Source: an uncultured bacterium (GTDB lineage Bacteria; Planctomycetota; Phycisphaerae; UBA1845). From it: DNA of 64,000 nt. Of this stretch, positions 1 through 10,538 are shown in pieces; the stretch's first letter is position 1, and each line of letters opens with the position of its first letter. Made by a program: the position numbers and the translations under genes. The notes beneath the pieces are model-generated. The model did no database searches. It was not told where the DNA came from and saw nothing but the letters and a program-made list of their open reading frames with translations. The stretch spans positions 12,999 to 76,998 of the forward strand of contig CBDUXT010000007.1 of NCBI GenBank assembly GCA_965371245.1, in the 5' to 3' direction.

Positions 1-119
1 GATCCACGAAAATGCCGTGGTTTCTCGGCGCGATCGCTGCGCACACTTGCCGCTACGACAATGATGTCACCAGGGTTTTCTAGAAGCGCTGGCGCGCTTC
101 GCACAGGGGAGGTCCGCGC

Positions 120-3100
120 ATGAACAACAACCGCAACACACGCACAACGCGGAGCCGGCGAACGACGGCTCCTTGGGAATGGACACGTACGCTCTTGGCG
201 CTGTGGATCTTGTCATGGGCCGGCACGGCTGCCTTCGCACAGCCCGTCGACTGGACCAAGTTCGCCGACGTCACGCAGCGCATCAAGGCGGCTCCAGAGG
301 TGTTGATAGACCTTGGTTGCTCGGGTGTGACCGGTGTGGACTTCGCCTGCGAGAAGGACATCGCCTCCGGCGACCTGAACGGTGACGGGAAGGACGATAT
401 TGTGATCGTTCGCAAGAGCCCGTTCTACGAGAACCTCGCAAAGCCGAATTACCTGTTCCTCAACGAGGGCGGCTTTGCCCTGGTGGACGTCACGGAGGAC
501 CGGGTCTGGGCCTCGGCGACGGAGACGGGCTTCGGCAGCTACTCCGAGCGCGACGTGTTGATCGTGGACGTTGACCCGGACCTGGATGAGGACAACAAGG
601 ACTTTAATGGTCTGGACGTGATCACGGTGCTCAACGCGGGGAATACGACGCGCATTCGGATTTACATTAACCAGGGCTGCTGTAGCGTGGACTGCGGTCC
701 GGACCCAGCTGACTCGTGCAGCGCCAACAGCGGGACGGTAACCAAGTGCAACACCCTAACGGCTACGGAGCTTGAGACACAATGGTGCGGTCTTCGGTAT
801 GAGGCACAGGAGGGAACGGACAACCGCATCCCGAGCTTCTCTCCGCGTCTTACGTCGTGCGCGATCGCCGCGGCCGACGTAAACGACGACGGATGCCCCG
901 ACCTCTTTGCCGGGGACTACAACAACACCCTGGAGGACCGGCTGCTGATCAACAAGCCTCCCGTGGGCGGGGCGACGGGGGTCTGTCGGGGCGTGTTCGA
1001 TGATAAGACCCAGGACAAGGCCTGCGGCGCGGGTAATCCGATCGCGACCTGCTGGGTTGAAGACTCATTCACCACCGGGGTACAGTTCGCGGACTTCAAC
1101 CACGACGGCTGCCCCGATATCTTCAAGGCGTCGAGGACCAACAGCAATGTCTGGAGGGCAAACAAGAAAGTGGGTGACGATTGTACGGGCGACTTCTTCG
1201 AGTCTGGTGGTGGAAGTGTAGCCGGCGGATACATGCTGTACGCGGTTGATCTGAACAATGACGAATGGGACGATATCTATGTCGCGGAATGCCAGGAGGA
1301 CCGCTTCCTGGTGAACAAGGCTGACGAAGATCCGGCCAAGTTTCGGGCCGCCGTTTCGGTTACTGGGCCCACCCAAACTTGGCGTTTCGGAGGTAACGTC
1401 TCGGAGGCGCTGGTCGACGACGACGACTACCCCGACGTGGTGGTGGCGAGTCTCGATGTGAACAGTGTGTCCTGCTCGCTACAACTGGGGATCAACCGAC
1501 CGACGGTCACCGCCAATCCCGGCTTTGCGCCGAATGTGACGATGGCCGAACCGCTGGTCAGCGTCTGTCAGGGCGGACCGGATGACGGAGACTCCTGTAC
1601 GAACGACATGGACTGCTCTGGGATCAGCATTTGCTGCTCCTCTCGGGCGTGGAACGTACATGGAACCTTCGACATGGGTGTCTTCAATCTCGATACCGGT
1701 GGAAAACCTGACCTGTGGTGCGGCACGTGCGACGGGAACCGGTTGTTTATTTCCGGCAGTAACCCGGTGCTCCGCGTCAAGGCGGGAGCGACCGGGACCG
1801 ACGACGGGTCGAGCTGGACCAACGCCTACCCCGATCTGACGAGCGCTCTTTCCGCCGCAGGAACACAGGCGGAGACGACGGCGTTTGTCGTGGAGGTTTG
1901 GGTCGCGGAGGGAACCTACACGCCGGCCACCTGTAGCACGGCTTGCACCGGAAGCTCGTCGGAGCGCGACGATTCGTTTGATCTTCCCTACGGGGTTGCG
2001 GTGTATGGCGGCTTCGCGGGTACGGAAACCCTCCTGGGCCAGCGCGACACCGAGGCCAACGTGACCACCCTCAGCGGCGACCTGAACGGGGACGATGACA
2101 CGACGGGTACGGCCGAGAACAGCAAGCGAGTCGTCAGCGTGGCGTCCGGATCCAGGGCCGAACTGGACGGCTTCACCATCTCGGATGGAAACGCGACCGG
2201 TTCCGGTTCCGGTGCCGGACTGGGGGTTGACGCCGGGGCGGGTCCGTCGGTGCGACGCTGTATCTTCCGTGACAACGTTGCGACGGGCAGCGGCGGGGGC
2301 ATGTACATCGCGGATGGAGCCGATGGCACTCTAGTCGTAAGCAGCCTCTTTTTCGACAATGACGCCGTGGTCGATGGCGGCGGGCTTCACATCGTGGGAG
2401 GCAACCCGAGGATTCTTGGGTGTACGTTCGCCGAGAACGACGCCCGGGGCAAGGGCGGCGGTGTCTACGCCGGACCCGACGCCCCGACCTTCCGCCAGAC
2501 CATTGCCTGGGATAATACGGATGGGGAAACACCGGTGAACGAACTCGCTCAGATTCACGTCCCGAGCGGCGGAGGCGCAAGCATCGAACACAATCTGATT
2601 AAGGATGAGGCTGTTGGGGGGGATGCTCCGTTCACTTCCACGAACAGGGACGCGGATCCGTTGTTCGTGGATGCCGCCGCCGGCGACTTCAGCATCCCGA
2701 CTACGTCCCCGGCCCTCAACACCGCCGAGGATGCGAGCGGCAACAAGACGATGAGGTACGCGCCCGCGGGAGTGCTTGAATCGGTCGATCTCGCCGGGGT
2801 AGTACGAACATCGGCGAGAGTCGACATCGGGGCATATCAGTTCCCCTGCCCCGGGGTGTTCCCTCCCCTCGCAACGACATTTTCAGGCGCAACGAATCGC
2901 TACCTTGAAGTTCTAACGCTTTCGATTCCCGGCTACGCCACCAGCGGCGCCATTCGCGTTACGGTCGATACCATGCCGGCGGGCATGACAAGTCTGGAGG
3001 GCTCGGTGTGGTGGGCGGGTACTCCTGAGTCCATTTGTGAACACTCGGGGACGCGCACCGGGTGTTCAGGCGGTGCCTCGTTTCGTGCCTCCAAGCTTGG

Positions 3101-3518
3101 GTGTACCAAACATAACGAAGCGTGGGGTACGGGACGCCTTTCGCTTTACAGTGATGTTATTGTCCCGGGCGGCACGTATAGTGTTCAAATGGTTGCCGAA
3201 AGTTGTGTAAGCCCCGGCGAGGAAGTCTTTTCGGCTGCCCTTTCGGTCACTATGCCGACTACATGGGGCGATATTGTGGGGTTCTTCAATCCAGGCACCG
3301 GGCTATGGGATCCGCCTGAGGGCGACGTCAGCGTTGGTGGTGACATCGTCGCGCTACTGGACAAGTTCAGCAACCTTCCCACGGCGCCGCTCAAGATCCA
3401 GATGGACATCCAGCCGGCCATTCCGGATCAGTTGATATCAATCGTAGAGATCACAAGGACGCTGGATGCTTTCAGCGGCGTGTCTTATCCGTTTGCGGCG
3501 GCCACCGCATGCCCATGA
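120..3518 (+). CDS. Secreted FG-GAP/VCBS-type repeat + right-handed beta-helix surface protein (1132 aa)
   Basis: Long ORF with GGAGG 8 nt upstream of the ATG. Signal-like N-terminus (TLLALWILSWAGTAAFA). Repeated Ca-loop motifs: DLNGDGKDDIVI, DVNDDGCPDLF, DFNHDGCPDIF, DLNNDEWDDIYV, VDDDDYPDVVV. The SWTNAYPDL...VWVAEGTY motif is followed by Gly-rich helix turns (GGGMYI, GGGLHI, GGGVYA). Confidence 0.75.
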   Translation: MNNNRNTRTTRSRRTTAPWEWTRTLLALWILSWAGTAAFAQPVDWTKFADVTQRIKAAPEVLIDLGCSGVTGVDFACEKDIASGDLNGDGKDDIVIVRKSPFYENLAKPNYLFLNEGGFALVDVTEDRVWASATETGFGSYSERDVLIVDVDPDLDEDNKDFNGLDVITVLNAGNTTRIRIYINQGCCSVDCGPDPADSCSANSGTVTKCNTLTATELETQWCGLRYEAQEGTDNRIPSFSPRLTSCAIAAADVNDDGCPDLFAGDYNNTLEDRLLINKPPVGGATGVCRGVFDDKTQDKACGAGNPIATCWVEDSFTTGVQFADFNHDGCPDIFKASRTNSNVWRANKKVGDDCTGDFFESGGGSVAGGYMLYAVDLNNDEWDDIYVAECQEDRFLVNKADEDPAKFRAAVSVTGPTQTWRFGGNVSEALVDDDDYPDVVVASLDVNSVSCSLQLGINRPTVTANPGFAPNVTMAEPLVSVCQGGPDDGDSCTNDMDCSGISICCSSRAWNVHGTFDMGVFNLDTGGKPDLWCGTCDGNRLFISGSNPVLRVKAGATGTDDGSSWTNAYPDLTSALSAAGTQAETTAFVVEVWVAEGTYTPATCSTACTGSSSERDDSFDLPYGVAVYGGFAGTETLLGQRDTEANVTTLSGDLNGDDDTTGTAENSKRVVSVASGSRAELDGFTISDGNATGSGSGAGLGVDAGAGPSVRRCIFRDNVATGSGGGMYIADGADGTLVVSSLFFDNDAVVDGGGLHIVGGNPRILGCTFAENDARGKGGGVYAGPDAPTFRQTIAWDNTDGETPVNELAQIHVPSGGGASIEHNLIKDEAVGGDAPFTSTNRDADPLFVDAAAGDFSIPTTSPALNTAEDASGNKTMRYAPAGVLESVDLAGVVRTSARVDIGAYQFPCPGVFPPLATTFSGATNRYLEVLTLSIPGYATSGAIRVTVDTMPAGMTSLEGSVWWAGTPESICEHSGTRTGCSGGASFRASKLGCTKHNEAWGTGRLSLYSDVIVPGGTYSVQMVAESCVSPGEEVFSAALSVTMPTTWGDIVGFFNPGTGLWDPPEGDVSVGGDIVALLDKFSNLPTAPLKIQMDIQPAIPDQLISIVEITRTLDAFSGVSYPFAAATACP

Positions 3519-3616
3519 CAGAGGCGAGGCCAACCGAAACGGAGGCGACGAACGTGAATCTGGTTTCCAAGAAACGTGCTAACTACGACATTGAGATCTC
3601 AAGAAGGGGGTTTCCC

Positions 3617-5155
3617 GTGACAAGAGCAATGCTTACGAGCCTAGTGCTGTTCGGTGCGCTTTGCGGACCGACACTGGCAGGAACGATCTATGTGGACGTC
3701 GATGCGACCGGCACCGGCGACGGACTGAGCTGGGCCAACGCCAAGACGACCGTGACGGCCGGCGTAACCGCGGCAACATCCGGTGACGAGGTGTGGGTGG
3801 CCGAAGGAAGCTATTATAACACCGTGACACTAAAGGACGGCGTGGCCATCATCGGCGGGTTCAACGGAACGGAGACGGCGTCGTCACAGGCTGATCCGCT
3901 GGCGAACCCCACGGACCTCAACGGAAGCGGCAATAGCCGGGTCGTCGAGGGCACGGACAATGCCGCCACGGCCGAGCTTCGCGGGTTCAACATCATCCGC
4001 GGCTTCGTGGACTGCCCAGAGTATGGTGCCGGCATGGAGCTGACCGACAGTGACGCGACGATCAGTGATTGCGTCTTCACGCAGAACGAGGCCGGCGCCC
4101 TGGGCGGTGCCCTTTGCAACTTCGGCGGCTCTCCCACGTTCACGAACTGCCGATTCGTTGGCAACGACGGGCAATGGGCCGGTGGCGCGATCGTCAACCG
4201 TTTCCTGGGAAGCCCGAGTTTCGTGAACTGTTTGTTCGCCCAGAACACGGCGTGGGAGGGCGGCGCGGTAGAGTCGCTTTCGGGATCGCCGAGCTTTACC
4301 AACTGCACGTTCTTCGGCAACTCGGCCTCCAAGGGAAAGGGTGGGGTCGCCTTTGACGTAACCGGCGGGGCCGTGTTTGAGAACTGCATCGTGTGGAGCA
4401 ACACGGCCCACGTGGCCGGCACGGAGGAGTTCTACAACCCAACCGGCGCGGCAGGCACAACCACCGCGCTGTACAGCGTGATTCAGGACGACGACCCCAA
4501 CGACGCAAACATCTACGCCGGAACCGGGAACATCGATGACGACCCCGCGTTGACAGTCACTGAGAGTGGAACCTGGTCCGAGAACGCCGTGCTTTTCGCC
4601 GGCTTTACGACGTTCGAGGTAGCGACAAGCACCTGGACAGCCGACGAACTGGCCGGGCTCTTGATCAACCCGGACACCAGCGGTGTCGCCATTGCCTTCA
4701 TCCAGAGCAACACTTCGACGGAGATCGTCGTTTTCGGCGGTTTTACGTCCGTGCTAGCCAGCGACAGCTTTGACATCATCGATCCGCACCTGGGATCGAG
4801 TTCCCCGTGCATCGACACCGGCGACCCGGCCGGCGTTACGGCGACGACCGACCTCGAGGGAAATGCTCGTGAGGTACAGGGGTTACCCGGCACGTGCGAC
4901 GTCGTGCTCGACATGGGCGCGTTGGAGTTCACGGCGGTCGACTGCTGTGAGGATCCCGATTGCTCGGCGCCGACGCCTTTGTGCGACACGTCGACATCCA
5001 CGTGTGTCCAGTGCTTTACTAACGGCGATTGCTCGGCGCCTACTCCTAAGTGTAAGACGTCGATATCCACGTGTGTCCAGTGCTTGACCGGCGGCGATTG
5101 TGGGCCAGGCGAGGACTGCGTAGGCAACTTTTGCCAAGGCGGCGAAGAGGGCTGA
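3617..5155 (+). CDS. Secreted beta-helix repeat protein with C-terminal Cys-rich tandem repeats
   Basis: ORF is open from 3509. An in-frame GTG at 3617 preceded by AAGGGGG gives a clean signal peptide (TRAMLTSLVLFGALCGPTLAG). It shares the LSWANA...VWVAEGSY opening motif with the upstream gene, followed by GGALCNF/GGAIVNR/GGAVESL/GGVAFDV turns. The C-terminus is DCSAPTPxCxTSxSTCVQC x2. Confidence 0.7.
   Translation: MTRAMLTSLVLFGALCGPTLAGTIYVDVDATGTGDGLSWANAKTTVTAGVTAATSGDEVWVAEGSYYNTVTLKDGVAIIGGFNGTETASSQADPLANPTDLNGSGNSRVVEGTDNAATAELRGFNIIRGFVDCPEYGAGMELTDSDATISDCVFTQNEAGALGGALCNFGGSPTFTNCRFVGNDGQWAGGAIVNRFLGSPSFVNCLFAQNTAWEGGAVESLSGSPSFTNCTFFGNSASKGKGGVAFDVTGGAVFENCIVWSNTAHVAGTEEFYNPTGAAGTTTALYSVIQDDDPNDANIYAGTGNIDDDPALTVTESGTWSENAVLFAGFTTFEVATSTWTADELAGLLINPDTSGVAIAFIQSNTSTEIVVFGGFTSVLASDSFDIIDPHLGSSSPCIDTGDPAGVTATTDLEGNAREVQGLPGTCDVVLDMGALEFTAVDCCEDPDCSAPTPLCDTSTSTCVQCFTNGDCSAPTPKCKTSISTCVQCLTGGDCGPGEDCVGNFCQGGEEG
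4958..5095 (+). repeat. Two tandem 69-bp (23-aa) Cys-rich coding repeats
   Basis: DCSAPTPLCDTSTSTCVQCFTNG / DCSAPTPKCKTSISTCVQCLTGG, nearly identical at the nucleotide level. A degenerate third unit (DCGPGEDCVGNFC) follows. Confidence 0.85.
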
Positions 5156-5164
5156 TAGGGGATC

Positions 5165-5200
5165 GTCCGGAGGGGCGCTTGCGTCCCGGCCCCTCCGGAC
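5165..5200 (+). terminator. GC-rich hairpin 10 nt after the stop codon
   Basis: Perfect 12-bp stem gtccggaggggc (5165-5176) / gcccctccggac (5189-5200) with a 12-nt loop. Followed by ttgg only, so there is no real U-tract. Confidence 0.5.
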
Positions 5201-6061
5201 TTGGCCGCCAGGGTCACCGATTGCACGGCGGTGGCCAAGACCCGACTGGGTCCGCTCTATGCGTAAATCGGATCCGGCAGGCTGTTCGAGGAGCGGCCGC
5301 TCACTCGGGCCGCCGCTCCCCGGAGTACTTTCAGGTCCCGAAGGCGGCATCGACGAGGGACGCCATCCTTCGTTCGATAACGAGGCTTCGCTCGATGACC
5401 TCGCCAAGAAGTTTCTTGAGGTCGCAACGGGAGAGGCGCTTGAGAATCTGTGGGTCGATGTTCGACGACGCGCCTTCGCCATCAGCTTGACTCACTCCAC
5501 CATCTGGGAGCGTGAGACAATAACATTTCAACCGACTTGCGGCCGCTGCCCGCCCAAGCGACCGCTCGGATTCCCTTGGGAAGCGTGCCCATTGCCTGCA
5601 TGTCGTGCCGCGCTTGCCCGAGGGTCGCTTTGAGTGGCTCCCTCTCCCCGCCCTGCCGACGTACGCGCTTTGCCGAAAGCTTTTCGCGCCCCTTGGCCTC
5701 CTCAAACTCGTTCTGGGTTTCCTCTAGGCATGAATCAAACAGTCGCTTCTTCGGTTTCTCGCGGGGTTTGGGGCTTCCGTTGAAGGTACGGTCGGCGGGC
5801 TCGGCATCAGACGAATGCGCGCTGGGAGTTCGAAGTCCGCGGCCGGCTGGCTTTGTGAGTTTGTGATAGCCTGTAGAGTGGGCGCCTGTACCAGCCACAT
5901 GAAACGCCGCTCAGGGCCGCCAGAAGGGGAATCTCCTGAGAGGAGGAGCGTTTTTGTCAAGAAAGCCAGAATCTTGCGACTTTGCGCGCACACTTTGGCG
6001 GTCTCACGCCATCAGTAGATTAGAGGGCCGTACGTCCGGCCACGCTGGGAGCAACAGGCAT

Positions 6062-6472
6062 ATGCGCCGGAACCAAACGGACAGTCTTCCCGAGGAACGG
6101 CAGGCTCTCCCGCCCAGGATCTTGCCACGCATCACTTGGAATGGGGAACCGGCCTCTGCATGCTTGAGCCACGAGCAATGGGAGGCGATTGCCTTTTCGC
6201 TCGACCTATCACACCAGCAAGAGCGAATCGTTCGATCTATCGTTGACGGACTCCACGAGCGCGAAATCGGACAGGAGATGCGCATCTCGACCTACACGGT
6301 TCATAGTCACGTTGTCCGGATGTACCAGAAGATCGGGGTTGCGAGTCGCACTGAACTCATGGTCCGGATCCTGCTTGTAGTGGTTGCACAGGGTTTTCGG
6401 AGCAATCGGGCTCGGTCGAAGGCGGAAAAACACCTGGACTCCGAAGCCCGTGCGGAGCCAAGGGAGGCTTGA
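6062..6472 (+). CDS. LuxR/FixJ-type HTH transcription regulator (no receiver domain)
   Basis: C-terminal LSHQQERIVRSIVDGLHEREIGQEMRISTYTVHSHVVRMYQKIGVASRTELMVRIL matches the LuxR-type HTH pattern. ORF is open from 5954 and the start is placed at an internal ATG (uncertain). Confidence 0.65.
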   Translation: MRRNQTDSLPEERQALPPRILPRITWNGEPASACLSHEQWEAIAFSLDLSHQQERIVRSIVDGLHEREIGQEMRISTYTVHSHVVRMYQKIGVASRTELMVRILLVVVAQGFRSNRARSKAEKHLDSEARAEPREA

Positions 6473-6715
6473 GTGCCCTTCACGCGCGTATCATGGTGCT
6501 CGGGCGACGGGTAGACGTTGAGACCGAAGCCCGGCGAGTTCGGGTCGGAGGTCAACGCGAGATCATCACCGCGGATGAGCGTCGCGGGGGAACGGATCAA
6601 CCGCCTGGACCTACCTCCGAACCGCTTCCGAAGACCCAAGACCTCGTCGAGACGGCGGACTCCGTGTCTGGATGACGGCACATCACGCTTTCGCCCAGTT
6701 TCCAGCGTCAATCCA

Positions 6716-7099
6716 TCACCGCACAAGGCCGCTCCTGGCTAGAGCGCGGTCAATCCGCTGCATGAGCACCACCGGCGAAAAAGGTTTGGCCAGGAAATCG
6801 ATGGCGCCACCCGATCTGGCCTTGTCTGGAAGCGCGGAATCCTTCTCGCTGGTCATAAGGATCACGGGAAGATCCAACCTTCGGGCGGACAACTCTCGCA
6901 GAACATCGAGCCCGGTCATCTCGGGCAGGCGGTAATCAAGAAGTAGACATCCCTTCCGGCCTGCCTGGTACGCCCTCAGGAAGTCCGTAGGGCTTTCGAA
7001 TGTCTCTAGGCTGAACTTCTCCGCCCTCGCCACGGCGCGAATCAGCCCAAGGACATGCGGATCGTCATCCACCGCGTACACAATGGGCGGGCTGACCAT
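6716..7099 (-). CDS. Stand-alone response-regulator receiver (REC) domain protein
   Basis: VYAVDDDPHVL...CLLLDYRLPEMTGLDVL...PVILMTS...AIDFLAKPF is the classic CheY-like pattern (DD pair, phospho-acceptor D, T, K). ORF is open to 7138 and the start is placed at MVSPPIVYAVDDD. Confidence 0.8.
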   Translation of the reverse strand: MVSPPIVYAVDDDPHVLGLIRAVARAEKFSLETFESPTDFLRAYQAGRKGCLLLDYRLPEMTGLDVLRELSARRLDLPVILMTSEKDSALPDKARSGGAIDFLAKPFSPVVLMQRIDRALARSGLVR

Positions 7100-7322
7100 G
7101 GTTCGAATTCCTAGCCAGAACCGGCGATCGGGGCGCACAGGAATACCTCACTACTACACTGATGGCGCAAGGGCTGGGAAATGTGCGCGAAAAGGCCGGT
7201 TCTTGTTGAAAGCGTCTCTCCCGCCCTCGGAAGCACGATTTCGGTGGACCAGGTCCTGTCGCAATTCGTCGGCCCATCCTGTACACTGGAGGAGGTCCGT
7301 CTTGTGAAGGGGAGAGCCTCAC

Positions 7323-7895
7323 GTGCCAGAGACGAATTCAGCCGGTTCAGAACCCTCAGCTGCCGTCGCGCTCATGTCCAAGCGGCTGAGCCACCATCAG
7401 GGCACCATCCGACGGTTCATTGCCAGACGGTCGGGCCCCCACGTTCTTCGAGAGACCACGGTGGACGATCTCTACCAGGACACAGTCGTGGTTGCCGTGT
7501 CCAAGGCCGAAGAGTTTGTCCATGGCGACGAGGCGAGCTTCGCAACCTGGTGTTTTGGGATCGCGCGAAACCTTATCAGCTCCACTGTGAGGCGGCAGAA
7601 GCGCTCCGCTGGCAATCGGCGAATCAGGGAGGCCGGTTCGACCGGTCCCGGAGTAAGCGAATCCAAGCTGGGCTTCGCGGGACGAACCCCATCAAGTCTC
7701 GCCGCGCTGGGCGAGTACTCCGTCGCACTTCGCAGCGCGATCGACGAGCTCCCGGAGCACTATCAAGAAGCGCTCATCGGTAACAGAATCGAAGAGCGAC
7801 CGATGAAAGAGGTCGCGGAAGGGCTGGGACGCTCACGGGCTGCCACCTGCCGGATCGTTCATCGCGCGATCGACGCTATAGAATTGGAGGAGTAG
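7323..7895 (+). CDS. ECF-type sigma-70 family factor
   Basis: Region 2-like DLYQDTVVVAVSK...FATWCFGIARNLI and region 4 HTH LPEHYQEALIGNRIEERPMKEVAEGLGRSRAATCRIVHRAIDAI. The start (GTG 7323 vs ATG 7374) is uncertain. The kinase gene starts 4 nt after its stop. Confidence 0.85.
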   Translation: MPETNSAGSEPSAAVALMSKRLSHHQGTIRRFIARRSGPHVLRETTVDDLYQDTVVVAVSKAEEFVHGDEASFATWCFGIARNLISSTVRRQKRSAGNRRIREAGSTGPGVSESKLGFAGRTPSSLAALGEYSVALRSAIDELPEHYQEALIGNRIEERPMKEVAEGLGRSRAATCRIVHRAIDAIELEE

Positions 7896-7899
7896 GGCC

Positions 7900-10473
7900 A
7901 TGGTCTCACCGGACGAATCAAACGATCGCCTCGGTGACGCGGCGGCGGACTACCTCAGCCGGGTTGACCTAGGCGAAACGCCGGACAGAGAGTCCCTCCT
8001 TGCCGAGTATCCCGATGTCGCCGAAGGATTGATCAAGTTCTTCAAGAAGCTGGACCGGTTCGATAAAGAGTTGGCGCGGGCGAAGGCCGCGGCTAAGGCT
8101 GATGGAATCGGTTCTTTCTTGGACTCGTCCGTGCCAGCCGCATCGAGCGGGGCGCGCTGGTCCGGCTCAGGCCGGCCCGCAATCAACGGCTTCAAGCTCT
8201 TTGAGGAGCTCGGCGGTGGAAGCCAGGGCGTTGTCTACAAGGCAACCCAGTTGGGGACCAATCGAACCGTCGCGTTGAAAGTCGTCCGTGGTGGGTTGTT
8301 CGCCTCACCGGACGCACGCCGCCGCTTTGCGAGGGAGGTGGAGCTCATCGCCCGTCTCACCCACCCCAACATTGTGGCCGTCCACGATTGCGGCCAGTCA
8401 ACGGGTTATGATTACTATGCGATGGAGTACATCGACGGCGAGTCTCTCGACACCTACTCGTCTTCGCGACATCTCGAAGTAGCCGAGACGGTCCGGCTGT
8501 TTCATTCCATCTGCCGTGCCGTCGGGTACGCCCACCAGAACGGGGTCATCCACAGGGATCTGAAACCATCGAACGTGATTATCGACAAGGAGGGGCAGGC
8601 CCACATCCTGGACTTCGGGCTGGCCAAGCCCACCGATGACGCAGCGGCGCCGATCAGCACCGCCGTCACTCAGCCGGGCGACTTCGCGGGCACCTGGTTC
8701 TACGCCTCCCCGGAGCAGGCACGAAAGGATCCCAGAGCCGTTGACGTTCGTAGCGACGTTTATTCGCTCGGCGTAATGCTCTACGAAATGCTCACCGACA
8801 CCCTGCCCTACCCCCTCATGGACGAACCCGCGGAGAGCATCGCTAAGCACATCTGCCACACCGCCCCCACGCGTCCGTCGCTGATTCGACGCGATATCGA
8901 TGATGACCTCGAGACCATCATCCTTGTAGCGCTAAACAAGGATCCGGACCGCCGGTACCAGTCCGGGGCGCAGTTTTCAAAGGACGTGGCGCATTACTTG
9001 GCGGGCGAGGTGATCGATGCCAAGCGCGACAGCCATTCGTACGTGCTGCGCAAGACGATACAGCGCCATCGCGTGCCCGTTGCCGCTGCTGGCATCGCTG
9101 TCACCGCTCTGATCCTCTTCACGGTAACGATCTCCATCCTGTACGCGCGCGCCGTGACGGCCCAGGCCACAACCACAGCGCGCATGGAGGTGGTCCGAAG
9201 CGCGGAAGGGTTCATGATTGACAAGCTGGCTAACCACGACTGGTCGGTAAACCGCGTCGCGGAGTTCGCCGAGGCCTACCCCAATCTTCCGGAGGTGCGG
9301 GCGTGGGCGCTCGAGCCGACGGAAGTGCCCGTGGACCTCTTCGCGCGCGTTGTTGCTGGCCTTCCTGAAGACATCGTGGAGAAGATTCGCGCGGGCGAGG
9401 GTCCTGGCTTCGATCTGGCTGCCGGGTGGCTCAGGGACCATGACACCGAACTTGAGGGAATCATCGAGCGTTCACAAACCTCTCGATTCACGTTTGGGGT
9501 CCAACGCACAGCCGACACAGGACTGGCGCTGTCACATATTCCAACGGGTCTCGGGCCCACTTCCAGGCTCTGTGATGCCCTCGTGGCACGGGCGCTAAAC
9601 GCCCACTTCGACGATCGCACACTACGCGCCGTTGGCAGTCTCGAGGCGGCCCGTTCGATCGCGCAAGACCTCGGCGATGGCAGCCTGCTTCTCCATCGGA
9701 TCTTCTCCACGACCATCCGGGAACGCATCTGCGACGCCGCGTTGGCGATGATGAGTCCTGTAGCGGATGAACAGGTGCCGTCGGCATACGTAGACTGGGT
9801 TCTTAGTGACCCGCCGTTCGTTGAGTTCCGGCCGGCGATGACCTTACAGCGCCTTCGCATAACGCAGATTATCGAGGAGGCGTCGTTTGGGCACCGCCAA
9901 GGCGGAGCCCCCAGGCTCGATCTTGCCACGTTACGCGATCAGCTCTCACCCATCTACGACGAATCCGATGAAGCGCTTGAGCGCTTGCGGGCAGTGGCTG
10001 AGAGTACCTCACCCATGGAGTTGCTTGAGATCTTTGACGCCTACATCTTAGATGTAGAGACCTGGGACGCGATCCCGTGGCTGACTCTGAAGAAGCAGAC
10101 CGACCAGGTGCATGCACAGGCGTCGAGCCGTCTCGCCTGGAATCTGATCGGTCCGGCTCTGGGAAACCACAAACTGGCGTTTCGCGGCCGGGCTCGGGGC
10201 AACGCAAGACGCGCCGCGATGGTTCTGTTCGGACACGTCTCGCGTTACCGTCACCGTCAGGGCCGTTGGCCAAATCGACTCGTGGACGCGGTCGAAGACC
10301 ACCGACGGCATCTGCTTATCGACCCGGTCGCCGGCCAACCCTTCGTCTATCGACTCAATAACGGATACCCCACCCTTTACTCTGTGAATGAGGATCGAGT
10401 CGATGACGGCGGCATCAACGGCCCCTGGGGGACTCCCGGAACCGACGTCGTGTTCTTCCCCATGTCTCCCTGA
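7900..10473 (+). CDS. Ser/Thr protein kinase with TM segment and large uncharacterised C-terminal domain (857 aa)
   Basis: Hanks motifs: GGGSQGVVYKA, VALKV, HRDLKPSNVIID, DFGLAK, SPEQ, DVYSLGVMLYEMLT. A hydrophobic helix (VPVAAAGIAVTALILFTVTISILY) comes after the kinase domain. Confidence 0.9.
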   Translation: MVSPDESNDRLGDAAADYLSRVDLGETPDRESLLAEYPDVAEGLIKFFKKLDRFDKELARAKAAAKADGIGSFLDSSVPAASSGARWSGSGRPAINGFKLFEELGGGSQGVVYKATQLGTNRTVALKVVRGGLFASPDARRRFAREVELIARLTHPNIVAVHDCGQSTGYDYYAMEYIDGESLDTYSSSRHLEVAETVRLFHSICRAVGYAHQNGVIHRDLKPSNVIIDKEGQAHILDFGLAKPTDDAAAPISTAVTQPGDFAGTWFYASPEQARKDPRAVDVRSDVYSLGVMLYEMLTDTLPYPLMDEPAESIAKHICHTAPTRPSLIRRDIDDDLETIILVALNKDPDRRYQSGAQFSKDVAHYLAGEVIDAKRDSHSYVLRKTIQRHRVPVAAAGIAVTALILFTVTISILYARAVTAQATTTARMEVVRSAEGFMIDKLANHDWSVNRVAEFAEAYPNLPEVRAWALEPTEVPVDLFARVVAGLPEDIVEKIRAGEGPGFDLAAGWLRDHDTELEGIIERSQTSRFTFGVQRTADTGLALSHIPTGLGPTSRLCDALVARALNAHFDDRTLRAVGSLEAARSIAQDLGDGSLLLHRIFSTTIRERICDAALAMMSPVADEQVPSAYVDWVLSDPPFVEFRPAMTLQRLRITQIIEEASFGHRQGGAPRLDLATLRDQLSPIYDESDEALERLRAVAESTSPMELLEIFDAYILDVETWDAIPWLTLKKQTDQVHAQASSRLAWNLIGPALGNHKLAFRGRARGNARRAAMVLFGHVSRYRHRQGRWPNRLVDAVEDHRRHLLIDPVAGQPFVYRLNNGYPTLYSVNEDRVDDGGINGPWGTPGTDVVFFPMSP

Positions 10474-10478
10474 GAAAA

Positions 10479-10517
10479 GGGTGTAAGCGCATGGCCCTGG
10501 AGCCCCAGGGCACACCC
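10479..10517. terminator. Hairpin between convergent genes (possible bidirectional terminator)
   Basis: Outer stem gggtgt (10479-84) / acaccc (10512-17). Inner stem ccctgg (10495-500) / ccaggg (10505-10) with loop agcc. Lies between the stop at 10473 (+) and the stop at 10539 (-). Confidence 0.4.
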
Positions 10518-10538
10518 TCCGATGCCCCCCACGTCACG

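Noticed and set aside
5200-5950. Overlapping ORFs on both strands (for example 5259..5633 plus; 5331..5705 and 5482..5898 minus) with patches of protein-like sequence (DPQILKRLSRCDLKKLLGEVIE; FEEAKGREKLSAKRVRR).
   Set aside because: No frame is continuous or matches a family I recognise. This is possibly a decayed gene, but I cannot assign strand or product.
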